Positions 58,566 to 64,000 of a DNA stretch of 64,000 nucleotides are shown piece by piece (positions within the stretch are counted from its first letter, which is position 1; each line of letters opens with the position of its first letter). The notes beneath the pieces are model-generated. The model had not been told where the DNA came from. It made no database searches and saw only the letters and a program-made list of their open reading frames with translations. A program made the translations under genes and the position numbers. This DNA is from Dehalococcoidia bacterium (lineage in GTDB: Bacteria; Chloroflexota; Dehalococcoidia; Plut-88900), in contig OZ240215.1 of assembly GCA_965197585.1 (NCBI GenBank), positions 2,464,001 to 2,528,000 of the forward strand, in the 5' to 3' direction.

Positions 58566-59546
58566 ATGAACCAACACGCCATCCACACCGAGTCCCTCTC
58601 CCGCGATTTCAACGGCGTCCGCGCCGTCGACGGCATCGACCTCTCCGTCTCCGAAGGGGAGATCTACGCCTTCCTCGGCCCCAATGGCGCGGGAAAGACA
58701 ACCCTCGTCAGGATGCTCACCACCCTCCTTATGCCCACCGGGGGCCGAGCCTCCGTCGCTGGCTATGACATCGTCTCCGACTCCATGCAGGTCCGCCTTA
58801 GCATAGGTGCAGCCCTACAGGACGCCTCCCTCGACAACAAGCAGACCGGCCGAGAGCTCATAAAGCTCCAGGGCCGCCTCTACGGCCTATCCGGCAAGCA
58901 GATCGATATGCGCATAAAGTCCCTCGAGCCCCTCATGGACATCGGCCCCGCCATAGACCGGCTCATCGGTACCTACTCCGGCGGCATGAAGCGCAGGCTC
59001 GACCTCGCCACCGCCCTCGTCCACAATCCCAAAGTCCTCTTCCTCGACGAGCCCACTACCGGCCTCGACCCCGTCAGCCGGGCCCGAGTCTGGGAAGAGG
59101 TCCGCCGCGTCAACGCCGACCTCGGCGTCACCATCTTCCTCACAACCCACTATCTCGAAGAAGCCGACAGCCTGGCCGACCGCGTAGGAATCATCAACCT
59201 CGGCAAACTCGTAGCCGAAGGCACCCCCGCAGAGCTCAAGCGCAACATTGGCACCGACATCATAGTCGCCACCATTGAGGGAGATGGCGCCATCTCCGCC
59301 CGTGCGTTGAGGCGCGTCGGCCAAGTCGAGCAGGTCGACATTTACGACAACATCCTGAGCATCGGCGTCACCAATGGCGTCGCGGCCATGAGCGACGTAG
59401 CCCTCGCACTCAGCCGGTCCGGGGCCCGGGTCAAAGAGCTAACCCTCCGTACCCCCACCCTTGACGACGTTTTCCTCCAGGCAACCGGCGCCCGCCTAGA
59501 TGATGAGTCCCCTTCTAATACCCTCTCCCTTGACGGGAGAGGGTGA
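58566..59546 (+). CDS. ABC-2 type exporter ATPase (DrrA-like)
   Basis: GPNGAGKTT, YSGGM, FLDEPTTGLDP, PTLDDVF. Confidence 0.92.
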   Translation: MNQHAIHTESLSRDFNGVRAVDGIDLSVSEGEIYAFLGPNGAGKTTLVRMLTTLLMPTGGRASVAGYDIVSDSMQVRLSIGAALQDASLDNKQTGRELIKLQGRLYGLSGKQIDMRIKSLEPLMDIGPAIDRLIGTYSGGMKRRLDLATALVHNPKVLFLDEPTTGLDPVSRARVWEEVRRVNADLGVTIFLTTHYLEEADSLADRVGIINLGKLVAEGTPAELKRNIGTDIIVATIEGDGAISARALRRVGQVEQVDIYDNILSIGVTNGVAAMSDVALALSRSGARVKELTLRTPTLDDVFLQATGARLDDESPSNTLSLDGRG

Positions 59547-59562
59547 CCGTGAGATCAGACAT

Positions 59563-60366
59563 ATGGCCACGCTAGTCGACGAAAGCACCCAAATCCGAGC
59601 CCGGAAGGCCGGATTCATCAACGAAGTCGCCGCCGTCGCCCGACGCGCTCTCCGTTCCACCAAACGTGACCCCGAGAGCGTTATCCCCGCCCTCATAATC
59701 CCCGTATTCTTCTTCGTAGCTAACGTCGGCGCCCTCCAGGACCTCGCCGAGACCCTCCCCGGCCTCGACTACAAGGCCTTCCAGCTTCCCGTAGCAATCA
59801 TATTCGCCGTTACCGGCATCTCACGCGCCGTCACCCTCGTCATCGATATCCAGTCCGGCTATTTCGACCGCCTCTCCCTGACCCCCGTCAATCGGCTCGC
59901 CATGCTCTTCGGCCTCATGGTCGCCGATTTCGCCCTTGTCGTCGCACTCACCATACCCGTCATCGTCCTCGGTTTCGCCGTAGGCGTCCGCTTTGAAAGC
60001 GGCGTGCTGGGGGTGATAGTCTTCGTACTGATTTCGGGCGCCTGGGGCCTCGTCTACACCGGCTTCCCCTACGCCATAGCCTTCAAGACCGGCAATCCCG
60101 CCGCGGTCAACACCTCCTTCCTCCTGTTCTTCCCCTTCGCCTTCCTGACCACAACGTTCCTCCCCAGGGAGGCCATGACTGGCTGGCTGGCAGCAATCGC
60201 TGCCTTCAACCCCGTCACTTACCTTCTTGAAGCCCTCCGCTCCCTGCTCATGGTCGGCTGGGACCCCGAGGCCCTGCTCAAAGGATTGGCCGCCGTCCTC
60301 GGCGTGGGAGTAGTCAGCATGACCCTCGCCCTCCTCGCCCTCCGAGGCCGCACCCTCCGCCGTTAA
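59563..60366 (+). CDS. ABC-2 type exporter permease
   Basis: Multi-TM profile, D..SG.FDRL...P, NPVTY.LEALR. Confidence 0.88.
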   Translation: MATLVDESTQIRARKAGFINEVAAVARRALRSTKRDPESVIPALIIPVFFFVANVGALQDLAETLPGLDYKAFQLPVAIIFAVTGISRAVTLVIDIQSGYFDRLSLTPVNRLAMLFGLMVADFALVVALTIPVIVLGFAVGVRFESGVLGVIVFVLISGAWGLVYTGFPYAIAFKTGNPAAVNTSFLLFFPFAFLTTTFLPREAMTGWLAAIAAFNPVTYLLEALRSLLMVGWDPEALLKGLAAVLGVGVVSMTLALLALRGRTLRR

Positions 60367-60432
60367 CCCGCTCTTCCCCTCCCCTCCTCGATAACCTAAC
60401 ATGCTCCCAGACCCTTCAAAGGAGCCCGACCC

Positions 60433-61224
60433 TTGAACAAGCTCGACTACACCCCCCTCGACCTCCCCCAAATCACCCACTACATGTTCTACCCCCGCCC
60501 CGACTCCTCGCCCCCTCCAACCGGCGCCCTGGACCACACCTTCCCTTCCCATGACGGGGTCCAGCTATGCGGCCGTTTCTTCCCCGAAGATAAACAACGC
60601 CCCACTATCCTCTTCTTCCACGGCAACGGTGAAGTCGCCCCCGAATACGACGCCATTTCCTCCCTTTACAACCATATCGGCCTCAACCTCTTCGTCACCG
60701 ACTACCGAGGCTACGGCAAAAGCCAGGGAGAGCCCTCCGTATCCGCCTTGGTCGAGGACAGCCACACAGCCCTCGCCGCCCTGGAGACGTTTCTCAGCAA
60801 AAACGGCTACGCTCCCTCAATCTACGTGATGGGCCGGTCCCTCGGCGCATACTGCGCTGTCGAAATAGCCGCGGGCGCCCGAGAAAACATCAAGGGCATG
60901 ATCATCGAAAGTGGCTCAGCCAACGTCGGTGGTATGCCTGAAAGGCTCGGCATCGCCGAGACCCCCGTAATCTCCCAGCTCCTCCAGGACCACTGGGCCC
61001 GGGTACGGAGCATCGACACCCCACTGCTCATCATCCACGGAGACCGTGACTTTCTCGTCCCCATCTCCCACCCCCAGGACCTCTACGAAGCCGTCTCCTC
61101 CACCGACAAGACCTTCTTCACCATCCCCGGCGCCGGCCACAACGACATCATGTTCGTCGACACAGACGCCTACTTCCGCGCCATCCGTGACTTCATAAGC
61201 CGCATGGAAGAGACCTCTGCATAA
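60433..61224 (+). CDS. Alpha/beta hydrolase
   Basis: FFHGNGE, DYRGYG.S, GRSLG, IIHG..D, GAGHND. Confidence 0.9.
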   Translation: MNKLDYTPLDLPQITHYMFYPRPDSSPPPTGALDHTFPSHDGVQLCGRFFPEDKQRPTILFFHGNGEVAPEYDAISSLYNHIGLNLFVTDYRGYGKSQGEPSVSALVEDSHTALAALETFLSKNGYAPSIYVMGRSLGAYCAVEIAAGARENIKGMIIESGSANVGGMPERLGIAETPVISQLLQDHWARVRSIDTPLLIIHGDRDFLVPISHPQDLYEAVSSTDKTFFTIPGAGHNDIMFVDTDAYFRAIRDFISRMEETSA

Positions 61225-61273
61225 CCGTCTTTCCCGGGATGCGGAGGGGAAGTCCAGTCCCCTCTCCCTCGAT

Positions 61274-61425
61274 GAGACCTTTGCATAATCTCTCGTGGTG
61301 GGGCCTGGGCCGCTCGTGCTGTCGTATATCCGCCGAGGCGGGAGGCTCTCGAAGTATGAGCGGGGGTGGAGGTCACGTGATCTGGGCAGTACAGCAGAGG
61401 CAATCTGTAGTTGTGCAAAGGTCTT
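61274..61425. mobile_element. MITE (GAGACCTTTGCA...TGCAAAGGTCT TIRs)
   Basis: Best-preserved TIRs; flanked by TCGAT/TCGAC inside a CCCTCTCCC...GGGAG repeat. Confidence 0.75.
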
Positions 61426-61486
61426 TCGACGGGAGCGGGTGATCAGCGTCTCGCAACACCCGTCAGTCGAAGCCCTACGAAAAGAA

Positions 61487-61954
61487 TCACCCCCCAGACT
61501 CCTCCTCCCGCAGTTTCTCCAACCCTTTAAGCAGCTTCTTCACGTGCCGACCTATTCCCACAACCACGTATTCATGTGCCCCCCGCACCACCCCCGACTG
61601 GTCAATCAGGTAAGCCGTCCTGAATCCCCCAAACACCCGTAGCGAATCGTAAGATTTCCTGATCTTCCTGTCGGGGTCGGACAGCAGGACAGCCTGCATC
61701 CCAAACTCACTGCGGAACTGCGCATTGACCTCGGGGGTGTTGGGACTGATCCCGGCGACTAGGGCGTTGTATCCCTGGAAGGCTTCATCCGCGTCACGGA
61801 AGCCCTTAGATTGGATGTTTCAGAGGATGCTGAAGGCCCCGGTGTGAAAATACAGCACCACGGGTTGACGGCCAAAGTGCTCGCTCAGTCTGAACGTCTC
61901 GCCGTCATGCTGCACCGCCTCGAAATCCGGGGCCCTGGTCCCTACCTTTATCAT
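61487..61954 (-). CDS. BCP/PrxQ-type peroxiredoxin with in-frame UGA at codon 45 (putative selenoprotein)
   Basis: Manual translation MIKVGTRAPDF...VVLYFHTGAFSIL-UGA-NIQSKGFRD...GISP...LLSDPD...AYLID..G; UGA (61820-61822) sits at the peroxidatic Cys position with a downstream hairpin. Confidence 0.85.
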
Positions 61955-62038
61955 TCTCTCTCCCATTTACCTGTTGTTGCCCAATCCTACACGCCGCCGG
62001 GCTGCAGTTCTCTATGTACCTGACGTCTGAACTAGCCC

Positions 62039-62521
62039 TCACTCGGGTCGCACTTCCCCTCCCCCCTCCCTGTCCAGGGCCCTCAGCCCATCCAGCACAT
62101 CGTCCACGTGCTTGCCGATTCTCACCTCGTGATGGAACACCTCCCTGATGACCCCCGCCTTGTCGATAAGGTAAGTCACCCGAGACACCCCCAGTCCCAT
62201 CCTCCTTGCAACGTCGTAGAGCCGGGCGACCTTCTTGTCGGGGTCCGACACCAGCGTGAACGGAATAGAAAAATGGCGTCGGAACCAGTCGTGGCTTTCC
62301 GGGCTGTCGGTGCTGATCCCCACCACCTGCGCCCCGTACCCCCTTATGGCTTCATATGCGTCACGGAAGCCTCTGGCCTGGCGGTTTCAGCCGGCAGTGA
62401 AGTTCTTCAGATAGAAATAGAGTACGACCGCCCTGTCACCACGCCAGTCGGCGAAGTTAAACCTCTCGCCGTCATGCTGCATCGCTTCAAAATCCGGCGC
62501 CCGAGTCCCAACCTTCAGCAT
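62039..62521 (-). CDS. BCP/PrxQ-type peroxiredoxin with in-frame UGA at codon 45 (putative selenoprotein)
   Basis: MLKVGTRAPDF...VVLYFYLKNFTAG-UGA-NRQARGFRD...GISTDS..SH...LVSDPD...RVTYLIDK.G; GGAGG RBS; UGA at 62387-62389. Confidence 0.9.
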
Positions 62522-62623
62522 TCTTCCTCCACCTATCCCTAATACTGCCCATTCTACCCCACCCCCCCACCCCCTCCGTCATTCCAGCCGCCGAGAGCCG
62601 AAATCCATCCCGTCTCCCTTCTA

Positions 62624-62785
62624 CCCAGTACTGAACTAGAGGCCCGCACGGGTGCTGTGCACCCGTGCGGGCCTCTGTTCTTATCTCCCCCTCTCCCTTG
62701 AAGGCCCTAAGGGTCGAAGATGCGCCTATGGCGTGAGAGGGGGATCAAGGGGGTGAGGGTTCCCCTGTGGGGCTGGGGCGGTGTC
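62624..62785 (+). repeat. Composite palindromic repeat, third copy
   Basis: Homologous to 18943-19082 and 19189-19322; directly upstream of ncRNA-like copy C. Confidence 0.75.
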
Positions 62786-62792
62786 CCCAAAA

Positions 62793-63460
62793 GTGTGACA
62801 CGAACCCCTTGACCCTACCCAAACATACGTGCTACTATCCTCACCGTTCGAACACCAACCTAACTTACCCAAGGAGGAACCAAAAACCCAGGGAAGCCCA
62901 CCCGACCCACCCGAGGACTCAACGTCCAAGCCCATCCCAAAGGCCCTCGCTCAGGCCCGCGGCTCAAGCTGGAACATCCGCCTCAGGCGGGAAACGACGC
63001 CATCTCCTCCTCCCACGGGCCCGGCTCACCCTTCCCCCTACTTCCAGGCGATGGAAGGTCCACAATACTAAACGGCATGTCCCTTGCAAAGGACCCCTGC
63101 CGGAATAGCCCCGCTCACGCCGGGCTAAAACACTCGGGCCTCACGGCCCTTGGAAAATCTCCCCCGTCGTTCCCTTCGGAGATCCCCATACACCCAGCGA
63201 CGGCAGCGAGAAAACGCTCGCCATCCCTCCGAGTGGCCTAGAGAAGTCTGGTGGTAGAGGCAGCCCCGAGGCGAGGACCCCTCGCTTCTCTACCACGTCA
63301 TTACAGAAACACGAGGCTGAACCAGGCTGGCCTCCCGCCCCCTGAATCCGAGTCCAGGACCTTCCATCGCCTGCCCCCTCCCAAACCAAACAGAACAAAC
63401 CGAAACCCCACAATCGAAGATGGAACATCCGCCTCTGGAGGATCCGCCTCTGGAGGACTG
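62793..63460 (+). ncRNA. Putative large structured ncRNA element, copy C
   Basis: Perfect 17-bp arms 63045-63061 and 63357-63373 with compensatory changes relative to copies A and B. Confidence 0.65.
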
Positions 63461-63576
63461 AAGAAAAACCCGGTGTGTCACCAACCTACCGGATCGGTAC
63501 GGTTCGTTGACCCGACATTTACCCCAAATGTATACTCGAATTCATCTGAGGCCCCGCTTTTATCAGGAGGAATATC

Positions 63577-64000
63577 ATGACCCGTTCCATCGTAATCGAC
63601 GCCGACAGCCACATCATGGAACCGCCCACCTTGTGGCAGGAGTACATGGACCCCGAGTTCCGTAGCCGGGCCCTGCGAATCAGTGCGGATGAATTCGGCT
63701 TGGAGTATCTCGACATCGATGGCAAGGTCAGCATCGGGTACAACGGGGGCACCCTGGGCAGGATTGCGGGCGTCGACCAGACCCGGCAGTGGATGATGGA
63801 GCATCCCACCCTCCCCTATGACGAGATCAAGAACTTCGCCCCGGGATCCGTAGACCCCCACGCTCGGATCAAACACCTGGATAGGCACGGTGTCGACAAG
63901 ACCTTCCTCTTCCCGACCCTCGGCCTCGGTTGGGAAGCCGAGTGCGAAGACCCTGCACTTTCCGCCGCCTATTGCACCGCCTACAACCGCTGGCTTGTCG
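63577..64000 (+). CDS. Amidohydrolase_2 family protein, runs off the window end
   Basis: Not in ORF track. AGGAGG RBS then MTRSIVIDADSHIMEPPTLWQEYMDPEFRSRALRI...GLEYLDIDG...FPTLGL...AYNRW. Confidence 0.9.
   Translation, partial: MTRSIVIDADSHIMEPPTLWQEYMDPEFRSRALRISADEFGLEYLDIDGKVSIGYNGGTLGRIAGVDQTRQWMMEHPTLPYDEIKNFAPGSVDPHARIKHLDRHGVDKTFLFPTLGLGWEAECEDPALSAAYCTAYNRWLV

Overview
GC-rich bacterial DNA with a strongly C-rich + strand, probably from a Chloroflexota (SAR202/Dehalococcoidia-like) genome. That assignment is inferred from the expansion of LLM flavin oxidoreductases and amidohydrolase_2 paralogs. 1-23 kb is an accessory catabolic region: CoA-transferase III, class-III aminotransferase, 3 LLM enzymes, proline racemase, VOC dioxygenase, 2 acetamidase/formamidases, 6 amidohydrolases, a cyclase and a frameshifted IS481-family element. 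Next come a protoglobin, arsM-padR, gcvT-H-PA-PB and a PyrR-attenuated pyr/car operon; both operons are interrupted by toxin-antitoxin cassettes. After these lie tupABC with a divergent regulator, pyrF, hflKC, an ABC-2 exporter, two tandem UGA(Sec)-containing peroxiredoxins missed by the ORF track, and a 7th amidohydrolase. The best candidate for an undescribed system is a three-copy (2.4, 18.5, 63 kb) promoter-driven large structured RNA-like element. It has a conserved ~200-nt 5' scaffold, a covarying 16-18-bp long-range stem and a conserved 3' tail, enclosing a different hairpin-rich 295-433-nt 'cargo' in each copy. Intergenic DNA also shows nested mini-elements: 21-22-nt single-hairpin REP-like units sit inside MITEs, which sit inside palindromic repeats. 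All calls are by eye from sequence; no database searches were run.
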